In this document: positions 29,789 through 42,023 of the stretch, piece after piece
Numbering within the stretch: the stretch's first letter is position 1
Layout: each line of letters starts with the position of its first letter
Position numbers and translations under genes: made by a program
Notes under the pieces: generated by a model
What the model was told of the DNA's origin: nothing
What the model saw: the letters and a program-made list of their open reading frames with translations, nothing else
Database searches by the model: none
DNA from: the human T2T-CHM13v2.0 reference genome, Homo sapiens
NCBI RefSeq assembly: GCF_009914755.1
Contig: NC_060928.1
DNA length: 64,000 bases
Direction: 5' to 3' (one strand)

Positions 29789-29972
29789 AAAGATAGGTAC
29801 ATATAACTTTACTGAACTATAACCTACACTAGTAATTTTTTATTACTTCTCTACTCATTTTGCTATTGTGCTGTAAAAAGAAAATATCGAAATTATTACT
29901 GTTGCATTAGTCATGGGTTTTACATTTTTCGCGTTCTATTTTTGGAAGACTAGGCAAAACCACTACCACTAG

Positions 29973-30009
29973 GACTAATAATACCTTTTTTTTTCATTTT
30001 CGTCCCAAG
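29973..30009 (+). promoter_or_regulatory. Degenerate piggyBac exon-trap 3' splice site (branch point and pyrimidine tract present, AG reads CG)
   Basis: gactaat...ccttttttttttcatttt-CG-tcccaagATG. Confidence 0.65.
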
Positions 30010-31785
30010 ATGCTGCAAACTCTAAATTTACATGAAACAATTGACCTTTTAAAGACAGATAACAGCAAGTGCTATAGTGACACAATCACCTGAAAATGCT
30101 ACAGCACCTGTTTCTGATGAGGACTCAGGAGATAAAGAAGGTGGAACAAGAAATAATCCACCAGGTTCTTTGTTGCCTGCAACTGCATATCTTATTCAAG
30201 ATGGCTCTGATGCTGGATCTGACTGAGATGATCCCTCATATGCACCTAAAGATGACTCTCCTGATGAATTTTCATCTACATCTACTGCACAGCAACCTCC
30301 ACCATCAAAGAGGAGGAAAGTGACCAAAATTGTTTGCAAAGGGATAAAAGCTGGCCTAACTGTACAGCCCATAAGAGGTAGAGTTACAGAATCACCAAAC
30401 GATTTCTTCACCAAAATGAGAACTCCCATAGAAATTCTTGAACTTTTTCATGATGATGAGGTTGTTGAGTTCATTGTCAAGGGCTCCAACTTATGTGCTC
30501 GAAGTAAGGATGTACATCTTGGCTTGACTACCTCCAAATTCAAATCTTTTCTGGAAATTATTTTTCTGAGTGGTTACATCTCAGTTCCTAGAAGGCATAT
30601 GTTTGGGGAACAAAAACAGATGCACATAATGTACTGGCATAATGTACTGCCATGAGACGTGACTGTTTTGAACTACATTTTCTAATTTGCATGTTGCTGA
30701 CAATGCAAATTTAGATCCAATGGACCAGTTTTCCGAGTGGTGACCTCTTGCAAGCAAACTCAATGAGAGATGTATGAAATTTGCTCCAAATGAAACATAT
30801 TTCAGCTTTGATGAATCCAGGGTTCCTTATTTTGGTTGTCAGGGGTGCAAATAATTTATCTGGGGAAAGCCCATTCGGTTTGGCTGTAAGATTTGGTGTG
30901 GTACCACATGTCTGGGCTACATTGCGGGTTTCAGCTTTATCAGGGTAAAAACCCTGATACTAAACATGAGGAATCTGGTGTTGGTGCCTCACTTGTCCTT
31001 CACTTTGGTGAGGCAATTACAGAGACACACCCTGGACAATACCATTTTGTATTTGATAACTTTTTCACCAGTATTGCACTTCTTGATAAACTCAGTTTAA
31101 TGGGACCTCAGGCAACAGGTACAGTGAGAAAGTATTGCATTGACAAGGCTCCACTGGAATCAGCTGCAGCTCTAAAGAAAAAAAGATAGAGGCAAATTCG
31201 ATTATCGAATTGATGGCAAAGGCAGTACTGTCTGCAGGTGGAATGATAACAGTGTTGTCACTATTGCCTCATCTGGTGCTGGTATTGATCCCCTGTGTCT
31301 TGTCAGTTCTTATTCCCAGAAGCTGAAAAAGAAGATCCAAGGTCAGCAGCCAAACATGATCAAAGTGTTTATAACCAGTTCATGGGAGTCATACACACAG
31401 CAGATGAAAACATTAATAAGTATCAGGCATCAATCTGTGGAAATAAATGATATCAAGCCCTCTTTTGTTCTGTTTCAAATTGGTCTTACAAAATGCTTGG
31501 CAATTGCACAAAGCATACGATGAGAAGCCAGTGGATTTTCCGGAGTTTCATCGACGTGTGGTATGCCATTATTTGAAGACCCATGGTCATCGTCTAAAAC
31601 CTGGCCGAAAAAGACCTTCTCAGAAGCATAACACTGACTCATATTATGACGGCATAAATCACGGGATAGTCAAACAGGGAATGCAAATGTGGTATGCTGA
31701 GTGTCATAAGAACAACACTTTTCAATGTGAAAAATGTGATGTTACCTTGCATGTGAAGCATTCTGTTGAATATCACACTGGACAG
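30010..31785 (+). pseudogene. piggyBac transposase pseudogene, PGBD3 paralog (PGBD3P-type copy)
   Basis: Fragments match PGBD3: MLQTLNLHETIDLL, TPIEILELF, FSFDE, YQGKNP, YHFVFDNFFTSIALL, QNAWQLHK, ECHKN..CEKCDV.LH; several frameshifts and stops, e.g. TAA at 30852. Confidence 0.93.
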
Positions 31786-31901
31786 CAGGTTTCACCACCC
31801 CCTGAGACAAGAAACATGATTTTATACATTATGTACAATGTAGCAAGGATTTTGCCTAGTGTTCCATTTTTTGAATGCCACATAACTCAACAATACAACA
31901 T

Positions 31902-31907
31902 AATAAA
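31902..31907 (+). terminator. piggyBac polyadenylation signal AATAAA
   Basis: AATAAA lies between the ORF end and the right TIR, with a GT/T-rich tract downstream. Confidence 0.55.
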
Positions 31908-32269
31908 AATTTTTCCTTTTCAAATTCTTGTGTCTTGAACTTTTCTAGGTAACATATATGAATTTCATGCACAAATTTAAAAAATTGCAACCTCAGGCAT
32001 AAAAGGATTAATCTATTCAGGATTTGATAGTTCAAATTATAGTAAAATATTCACCTGGAGAATTTTAAAATACATGTGAACAAAAGCAAATATAAATGCT
32101 GTAACCAAAATTGTGTCTTTTAAATATGAAATAAAATTAGAGATCATTTGAGTTAACAATATCTGTAAAAAATATTTAAAAATTACAGAACTGCTTCTTA
32201 ACATATTTCTAGATTAAAATAGAGATACATAATAATACCTGACAAGCTTCCTTTTCAATTCATATTAAA

Positions 32270-32560
32270 CTACTTTTTTGCCCATTTCTGCTCAAAAGTT
32301 ATTTCCAGAGAGGTCTTCTCTGACTACACAATATAAAATAAAATGCCATCTCCGCAGTCCCCTTTCATTTAACCAGTTTATTTTTTCTCCAATTACTCTT
32401 ATAATCATCACATGTATAAAATACTTTATTTTCTTTAATCTGTCTCTTCTTACCAGAATATAAGCTCCATGAGGGCAGAGATTTTTACTCATCAAATAAA
32501 CAGTACCAAAAATATTTGGCATGCCACAAATTTTTGAGAAATGTGTAAATAAATAACCAA
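32270..32560 (+). mobile_element. L2 3' end fragment
   Basis: agagaggtcttctctgac...taagctccatgagggcagaga. Confidence 0.7.
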
Positions 32561-32907
32561 AATCAATGCTGAAAATGTTTTAAAAGAATGAACTGAAGAG
32601 AACAGCAAGAAAGAATTAAACCTTAGTACAGTGGCACTACAGTAGATAGATGACCCCTAGACATAATAGACATTAGTTATCACAGCAAAGAGTAACCAAC
32701 ACGAAAATAGAGACTTGGGCCAGAGCAACAGGGAAGCAGGTGGGGTGAGTTATGCACTAAAGTTAGATTTCCTTCATTTTGTAGAGAGACTGTTTATCAT
32801 TCAAAACGTTTAAGTAGGGAAAAACCCACATGTACAATAGAAATCATCCTCTTTGAGAAAAAATAAAATAAATTGAGACAGATCAACATACACTAAAAGA
32901 ATTACAC

Positions 32908-33210
32908 TGCTGGGCATGGTGGCTTACGCCTATAATCCCAGCACTTTGAGAGGCCGAGGCAGGTGGGTCGTTCTGAGCTCAGGACTTCAAGACCAGCCTG
33001 CGCAGCATGGCAAAATCCATTTGTACAAAAGAGAAAAAGAGAAAGAAAAAATTATCCGGGCGTGGTGGCTCACACTTATAGTGCCAACTACTCAGGATGC
33101 TGAGATTGAAGAATCCCTTAAGCCAAGGAAAAAGAGTTTGCAGTGAGTCGAGATCATGCCACTGCACTTCAGCCTGGGCAACAGAGTGAGAACCTATCAA
33201 AAAAAAAAAA
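32908..33210 (+). mobile_element. AluJ
   Basis: Diverged dimer; TSD aaaagaattacac. Confidence 0.9.
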
Positions 33211-33279
33211 AAAAGAATTACACAGAATCCTCTAAGGCAGTATATAACTGAATATAAATTTTTATATTTTTAGTCAATT

Positions 33280-33760
33280 ATTTTTAATTGACAAATAAAT
33301 ATATATATTTATGGTGTACAATATGATGTTTTGAAATATATATTATGGAATGATTAAATCAAGCTAATTAACACATGCATTATCTCAGAGACATCATTAA
33401 TTTGTGGTGAGAATACTTAAAATCTACTCTCTTAATATTCAAGTCTACAAAACATTGTTACTAACTATATTTGCAATTTTATACAATGGATCTCTTTGAA
33501 ATTATTTCTTCTAACTGAAATTTTGTGTCCTTTAACCAAAGTCTCTCAAATCCTGTTTTCCCCTCAGCTCTTGATTACTGCTGTTCAGCTCTGCTTTCGT
33601 GAGCCTGACTTTTTCAGATTCAACACAAGTGAGATCATGTAAAATTTATCTTTCTATTCCTGGCTTATTTCACTTAACATTATGTCCTTAACATTTATCC
33701 ATATTGTTGCAAATATCAGGATTTCCTTCATTTGTAAGGGTGACTTATATTCTACAGGAC
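33280..33760 (-). mobile_element. L1MA 3' end fragment
   Basis: tttaattgacaaataa...tggtgtacaatatgatgttttga...tggcttatttcacttaacat. Confidence 0.8.
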
Positions 33761-34149
33761 TTGTATTCATTCATCTTCTGATTAAAGAAGCCAGTCAAAA
33801 TCTCTTCAGTTTTAACTACCAGATCCATGTCCAGAATCCCTACAAAATGTTCATCACATTCTCTAATTTTTATGTTATTTTGTTTCCATATTATACATTC
33901 TAAAAGCAAGATTGTAAAATAAATTACTGACAATAAAATTTATATACATTATTACTAAAAAAGGCAAAGTGAGCTAAATAAGTGTTTTTTAAATATATAA
34001 ATATTTAGGTAGCATAGTAAAAAATACCAAAATAAGGCCTTGTGTCTGCATTTGTCTAGGAAGCCATCGCTTATGTTTATTACTTTCCTTTTGCAATCAC
34101 TATTTCTATGTTTTCTCTGTCCCCAGATGATAGGGATTTTGGCTTAGAG

Positions 34150-35820
34150 ATGTGATTAAACTTTATTCCTATGAGACCTGAACTCTTGGTAATTTGTACA
34201 ATGATTTAGTGGTATTTTATTAAATTTTACCACTGGTTATGGTTACAGAGGATGGCCCCAAAGAACAAAACTATTCATATCATTAATACTCCTTTCATTT
34301 CTCCTTCATTTGTACCTTTTATTATATGTTTCCCATCCTGCAGGGTAATTTTAGCCATCCATGATAGTGTCCATATAGTACCTTAAGTAAAAGCCCTCAA
34401 CCATACTAAGTTTGGTACTAGTCCTCTAATCATATCATTTGCAGGCCCCTGGCCATCTGGCCAAACCTTAACATTTGACACCAAATTGATGTACAGGATA
34501 CCTTAGGCTATCTTTCCTTCCAAGAGAAATAGACAATGAGATACACCACTGGAAGTTTTGCCTTAGAAGAATTTTGAAAGGATTATGTGGTTTTCCAGGG
34601 TCTCCTCTTTATAAGTATGTAAAATAAGAGCATGTCATTTTATGTTTTGCCAGAGTATTGTTTATCAGACTCACAATTTTATTTTTATTTCTCACATGAT
34701 CATGGACAGTACTCATTAAGTCCAGAAGTGCATATTATGGAAAAGATGTTAGATGTTAGTATGGGTAGAGTTACTTGTTAATTAAATTTATCTGTGGTTT
34801 CAGTAGTAGCTCAGGTCTGGTCCCAGGCACTTCACTTTATTTTAAGATAGCGTGTTACTGGATATGTTTGATATTATGGGCTAGATAAATATCATCCTGT
34901 ATATTATGGGCAGCTAGCTCCCTTTGTATAATGACATGGAGCAGGATAAGTCTCCCTCTACCAGTGCCCAATATATAATGAAGAGCCATTTTGCAGAAGA
35001 AAATAGTCTTCTTCTTGGTTAAATAGTAAAATATTGTGTATTAAAAATAGCTAGAAGACACACTTTGAATATTCTCAACATGAAGAAATACTAAATGCAT
35101 GAAGTAACAGATACATTACCTACCTTGATTGTATCATTATACAACATAGATGTGCATCAAAATGCCAAACTGTACCCTACACATTTCTACAATTACAATG
35201 TGTCAATTGAAAACATAAAAACAAAATAAAGTAGTTACTACTTGATTAAGGGGCATTACTTTGCTATAAAAGCCAAGGGACCTCTGTTGTGATTTCTATC
35301 ACCTCATCTGCCACAGACTCTTAGAACATCATTGTATTATTTGAATCACAAGGTCAGGGCTGCTTTTACTGGAGTCGGAACCATGTGGAGATCTTTCTCT
35401 TCTTTCAAAGCCCTACTGTGAGTTGGTGGCCTTTTGGTAAATCAGATGGCATGGAGAAAAAGAAAAACTTGCAAATTACTTCCAAAAGGTAAAGAAGCCC
35501 AATGAGTAAATTTCTTTCTCCTTCATTAGTGATGATTATGCAAAGTATAATGGATATCCTGCCATAGTTCAGACCACAGAAACTTCACTGAGGTAACAGT
35601 CCCCTGTATGTTTGTGTGACATATCTACATCTTCCAACATGCAAGTGTCTCACCAAAACTTTCAGGTCATTTTCTATTTTCTGCTCTGGTAGTCATGTGG
35701 GAGTGATGTCATCAGCTGAAATTATTATGTAACAATTAAGGTTTCTGTAGAAAAAATTGTGGCATAGCCCAAGAGCTGATGTAACTCTAGTACAAAATGA
35801 TCTGCTTCTCTTTCATAAGC
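34150..35820 (-). mobile_element. ERVL-class internal pol remnant (RT/RNase H)
   Basis: Minus-strand IQGTVTSVKFLW (about 35574-35609; compare ERVL KIQGPATSVKFLG), a DD-containing motif near 35705-35712 and GLARW near 34451-34467. Confidence 0.65.
35025..35230 (+). mobile_element. L1MA 3' tail inserted in the ERVL remnant
   Basis: aaaatagctagaaga...ttgaatattctcaaca...tgtgtcaatt followed by an A-rich tail. Confidence 0.75.
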
Positions 35821-35915
35821 AAATGTGAAATGAAGACATTTTAAATACAAAAAACAGAGGAGAGAATTCACTATCAACAGACCTTCAATTTAAAAGCAAA
35901 TCTTAAAAGGAAGTT

Positions 35916-36688
35916 TTGATTGGCATTTACCTAATGATTAGTGATGTTGAGCATTTTTTCATACATTTGTTGGCAAATCAAAACCACAATGAGATTACCA
36001 TCTCACACCAGTCACAATGGATATTAACAAAAAGTCAAAAAATAACAGATGCTGGTGAGATTGTGGAGAAAAATGAATGCTTATACATGGCTGGTGGAAA
36101 TGTAAATTAGCTCAGTCATTGCCAAAGGCAGTGTGGCAATTTCTGAAATAACAAAGCAGAATTACCATTCAATCCAGCAATCCCATTACTGGGTATATAC
36201 ACAAAGAAAAATAAATCATTCTACCATAAAGAGACATGCACACATATATTCACAATAGCAAAGACATGGAATCAACCTAAATGCCCATCAATGGTAGATT
36301 GGATAAAGAAAATGTGGTATATATACACCATGGAATACTACACAGCCACAGAAGAGAATAAGATCACATCCTTTGCAGCAACATGGATGGAGCTAGAGGC
36401 CATAATCCTAAGCAAACTAACCTAGGAAAAGAAAACCAAATACCATAAGCTCTTCCTTATAAGTAGGGGTTGAACACTGAGAACACATGGACACAAATAA
36501 GGGAAAAATAGACAGCAGGGCCTACTTTAGGCTGGAGGGTGGGAGGTGAAGATCAAAAACCTACCTATTCGATACTATGCTTATTAAATGGGTGATGAAA
36601 TCATCTGTACACCAAACCCCTGTGACACATAATTTACCTATATAAGCAACCTGCACATGTACCCCTGAACCTAAAATAAAAGTAAAAA
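35916..36688 (+). mobile_element. L1PA15/16-like truncated L1 with a roughly 60-bp 5' inversion
   Basis: 35916-35974 antisense, then sense aaatcaaaaccacaatgag to poly(A); TSD aaaag(g/a)aagtt. Confidence 0.85.
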
Positions 36689-37407
36689 AAAAGAAAGTTC
36701 ATCAAATATAAATAAATAAGATATGTGAGAGAAAATTGTATGGGCACACATACAATAATTATCTTAATTATAATAATATTTTTAATAATTATTAATTATT
36801 ACTATATATAATATATATTATGTATACAATATAAAATATAATATTATATATACAATATAAAATATAATTTATAATATATTACTTAATATTATTTTAAAAC
36901 TAGTAAATATAACTTTCTAATGTAAAAATAAGTTATTGTGAGTTTATAGAATATGTAACAATAAAATTACATGATGACAACAGCAAAGGAAATGGAAGGA
37001 AGCAATATTTTTGATGAGTACAATATAATCCATGAATCCATTTAAGTCTAAAACTACATTCTCCACTTTTTGTACAAACACTTTCAGAATTCTTTGCCCA
37101 AATATAAGACGCAAATTGTAGACTTTTTACAAATTAACAAATCCCTGATGTTGTTTTGCAGGTACATCTTCTCATGGGTTGACTTTGTTATTATCATCTA
37201 GAATTTTACTGTGACCTGGTTTAAGTTGTCACTATAGAGAGCATTGCAGAGTAACTCCCTCAGGTTAGAGAGCTTTGGCATGGTCAGAGCTTTGCTCTGG
37301 CAACCAAATGAGACTAATTGGGTGTTATGCTTTTTGTATTCTGAATCTCCAAATCTCCATTCCACTTATCAGTTGTCCACTCTTTGCTGACAGGCTACTA
37401 CATTTCA

Positions 37408-37755
<348 letters not shown>

Positions 37756-37889
37756 CTAACACTGTAAATATATAGAATATACTTTAACCTTAATTCTTAG
37801 TTATCTTACTCCTGAGACTCTAACTAGCAGTTTCTTTTAGCACAGTTATAAGGAGCCTGGGTTTGTACTCACACTTTGTATTAAAGTTT

Positions 37890-38900
37890 TTTATTACTGC
37901 CTAACAACTGCCTTCCAATTTAGTGACATGAAATAGCAATAACTATTCATTATTTCTCCCTATTGTATAATTTGTGCAGGAGTCAACAGACGCATTGTGA
38001 TAGTTGCCTATTGTTGCTGTTACTGGTTAACAAAAACTAAGAGGCTTAAAACAACAAAAATTTATTTTCTTACAGCTTGGCTCCTAGGTTCATGACTCCT
38101 TCTTCACATCACTTCACTCCAATATCTTGCTTTTTACATGAATATAACTTTTCTTACACTAGTAAGAAATGTGCATGTATATTTACATGAATATAACAGT
38201 TCTTACACGTTATATTCATGAAAATTACTACTTTTCTTACTACTGTAAGAAATGTGTCTCAGACTCTTTGCCTCTCTGTAAGAACCTATGGGATTCTTAT
38301 CTAAGAATAAATAAGTTGAGCCCTATTTAAGGCTCAACTAGATACTCTAGGATAATCTTCCTATCTCAAGATCTTTGACTTAGTCACATCTGCAAAGTTC
38401 CTTTTGACATAAAAGATGTCATTCATAGTTCCCAGGAATTAGGGTGCAGAAATTTTTCAGGGGACCATTATTCAGCCTACTGATGGTGGCTTGTCTCTGT
38501 TCCATATGGTGTTGTCTACAGCCACAACGAGGACTGGAGGATCCCATATGGCTACCCCCATGTTTTTTAGAGCCTTACCTGGCATGACTATATTATGGCT
38601 GGGCATCCATTGGTCCTTTCTGTTTCATGAATTCTTTTATCACTCAAAGCTGTGATTCAAGCTTTTTTTCATGGGGGCTGAATCCCAATAAGGTGAAAAT
38701 GGAACCTACTAGGATCTCTGAAGCTCAAGCCCTAGAACTCATACAGTGTCATTCTTCATTCATTCTGTTGATCAAAATCAGTCACAAGAGCAGCCCAGAT
38801 TTGAGGAGAAAGGAGCTGACTTTATCTTTTTATGAGTTGAGTGGCATAAGCATAGAAGAATCAGAGACATTATTAGTGTTCATTTTTGTAGTCTACCACA
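37890..38900 (-). mobile_element. Nested MLT1 LTRs (MLT1C/D-like at about 37996-38483 inside an older MLT1G/H-like element)
   Basis: ggcttaaaacaacaaaaatttatt...cacatctgcaaag...cattattcagcctac; outer element ends gtctaccaca. Confidence 0.65.
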
Positions 38901-40096
38901 CTTTGAACTAAGAATTTAGAGATTTGATCTTATAATTTTTAAAATTTTTTAAATTAACTTTTAAGTTGCATGACAAGGAGTCACATCACACTACAGCCTC
39001 AAATTTATATCTTTTGTTCTGTCTTAAAGAAGCTATAATTCATTTCATTCAAAGTCTTTCCTTCACTGGCTACTTGATTCCAGGTGATTACTGATGGGAT
39101 TTTAGCTTAACGATTATTACATGCTGTGTTATGTGAAGTTCTCATTCTGAAGCACTAATGGAGTTCCATTGTTTTTACCTAGTAGTTAGACACATCTAGG
39201 CTCTAAACTAATAGATTTTCCAATTTCCCTTAAGGTTTGTTATGTAATCCGTTCCTGGAAGAGCTGCAGTCGATTGTTTTAACTTGTTTTAATTACCACC
39301 AACCTCCTCCACTAAACTCATCCCCATCATTCCTAACTTTAAAACACGCACATACCACCCCCCACCCCCAAACACATTTACTCAAGGGCTATTTGTGTGA
39401 GTGTGGGTGTGTCCATGGGTGTTTGTTTTAATATGTTGCTTCTTGGTGGATTTTTTTAAAAAAATGAGATCTAACTACAGACTACTCTTATATAAAAATC
39501 GAAAACATGGACCAAATGCAGTGAAAGAAAGGGCATATTATGTCTTATTCTTTCATATACTTCAAAGACAGCAAAAAGTTATAAATATCACTTCCTCTAT
39601 TTAATTGTAAGATGCCAGTTCATTATAAACAACTTTAGCCTTCTAAAGATAGGTTTCCTGGGACACATCAGTGATATATCTATTTGTATAAATTAAGGAA
39701 GAAAGATGATTTATTAAACACAAGCTACAATCAAACAAATATTCCATTTGATGCATTATTAGTATAACAATTTTTAATGTACAAAGACATTTCATGATTG
39801 ACTTTTGATGGAAAATCTGATATTAGAATTTGACAGGTGATTTGTTTTTACTAATTCCCTTTGGAAGCCTCTTTAGCTTTTTTCCAAAAAAATCTGTAAT
39901 TTCATGAGTCCTTGGAATATGTTGACAGTGAAGTTCTACTAATATCCAAATACTTTTAGAATATAAATCTTTGTAATAGTCCACATTACATATATTTAAA
40001 TAAATACAGTTTAGTACTATAAAATCAGTTTAAATAATATGGAGTTCTAAACATAGAAAAATCATCATAGTTTTTTAATATAAAATTCTAAGAGCA

Positions 40097-40422
<326 letters not shown>

Positions 40423-41426
40423 CTAAGAGCAATGTATGTAATGTTTACTTTAAGAAATTTACTGAATTTATCTATCTCTCTAGGAGTATTTTCAGTGGAT
40501 TTTATGAAATGTATTAAATTACATTTGCATTTGGATTACAATTTACACATATACTTCACTCCGTCTCTATTCTTAGTGAATTGCAAAATAACAGGAAAAC
40601 CTAAAAGATATTTTACCTTTCTCTAAGAAGAATTTGGTTATTGACAAGTACTTCATTGAACTGATTTGTTTATATTGCATAATTCTGTAAAATGCGTGCA
40701 TATGTATTGAGTTTAGATACATTTTCAGCTGACACTAATACATACAACTTTAAAATGTATCATAGAGGTTGAAAAATTCAACTTGAACTTGTAATCTAAC
40801 AATCGTGATATCATGGACTGTTATATTTAGAAGGGGGTTTCAAGTGCATTTATTTTAGTACCTACTAAGTGTTTTAATCACTACAAATTCAAAGTTTATG
40901 TTTTAACTCATGCTTTGATAAATCTCTAATCACAGTAGTGTCTTATTTTGCTTGTTTTGTTTTTCTGACTACTCACTTTTATTTCCTCAACTAATATATT
41001 TAATTTTGGTTTCCATCATGTCAGTCACCTCTCTATATATACCTTAATTTTTCAAAGGTTTATTGAAAATGTCATACCAAGGATTAAACATTAGTTGATG
41101 TTTAACCCCTTTAAAATGTAATTGGATGATTCTTTCCCATAATCTAGGTAATATAATTTTGAAAATCTAAAACTGAGCTTCCTTACCTTCCTCCCTCTCT
41201 CCTTCTACCCTCCCATCCTATGTTCCCTCCACCCTTCTTTATTTTCTTCCTTCCATTCTTCCTTCTTCTTAACTCACTGAAATATTTCACTCCTTTCTTC
41301 CTCATAATTACCCTTCTTTGCGTTTTTAATTTTGCGGGGGCGGTGATGGATATGTAATGACAGTTGTAATGCTATGTGAAAACTTTATAGAACTTTTTAT
41401 TCATTCAACAAGTATTTCTTGAGTGC

Positions 41427-41877
41427 TTTATTAGTTTTCTGTTGCTGAAACAAATAACCACAATTTAGTAGCATAAGACAACATGAATTTATTCTCTTAT
41501 AATTCTGGAGGTAAGAAGTCCAGGATGGATTAGCAGTTTAGAGCTTTTCTTCTGAAAAATTTAGGGGATAATTTGTATCCTTGCCCTTTTCAATTTCTAG
41601 AGACAGCCTGTATTCCTTGGCCTCTTCTTTGCCATTACTACAACCTCTTGCTTCATCATTACATCTCCTGTTCACTCTGATCTTCCTGCCTCCCTCTTTC
41701 AAGGGCCTTTGTTATTACACTGGCCCACCAAGATAATCCACCATAAATTCTATATCAAAATCCATAACACAATCATGTTTGAAAAATCCCTTTTTACTAT
41801 GTAAGGTAATGTAGTCACCAGTTAAGGGGATTCGAATGCAAACATCTTTGGGGGCAGGCATTATTTAGCCTAACACA
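41427..41877 (-). mobile_element. MLT1C/D solo LTR inserted in an L2 tail
   Basis: tattagttttctgttgctg...ggcattatttagcctaacaca; 5-bp TSD agtgc. Confidence 0.85.
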
Positions 41878-42023
41878 AGTGCCTAATATGGTCCTGCAAT
41901 AGTCAGAAAGCTGGAGATACAGTTTTAAACAAACATTATATTCTGTATCAGTGGCCCTTACATTCTAGAGGATAAAAAGTATACAGCATAATGACTTAAT
42001 TTAAAACTCTGAAATGTTGTTTG

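Larger units (their letters stand above)
29192..32007 (+). mobile_element. Near full-length PGBD3/MER85-family piggyBac DNA transposon fossil
   Basis: TTAA at 29188-29191 and 32008-32011; MER85-type left end (ttatgcctggtgttccatcattggaa...gggagttatttatatc...ggtctgatttttcacac) and right end (aaaattgcaacctcaggcataaaagga). Confidence 0.93.

Noticed and set aside
30010-31785. Functional piggyBac transposase or PGBD3 itself
   Set aside because: Early frameshift near 30067, in-frame stops, third catalytic Asp lost and no ERCC6 exons in the window
36750-36910. Extremely AT-rich tract with local symmetry
   Set aside because: Low-complexity TA expansion; symmetry expected by chance
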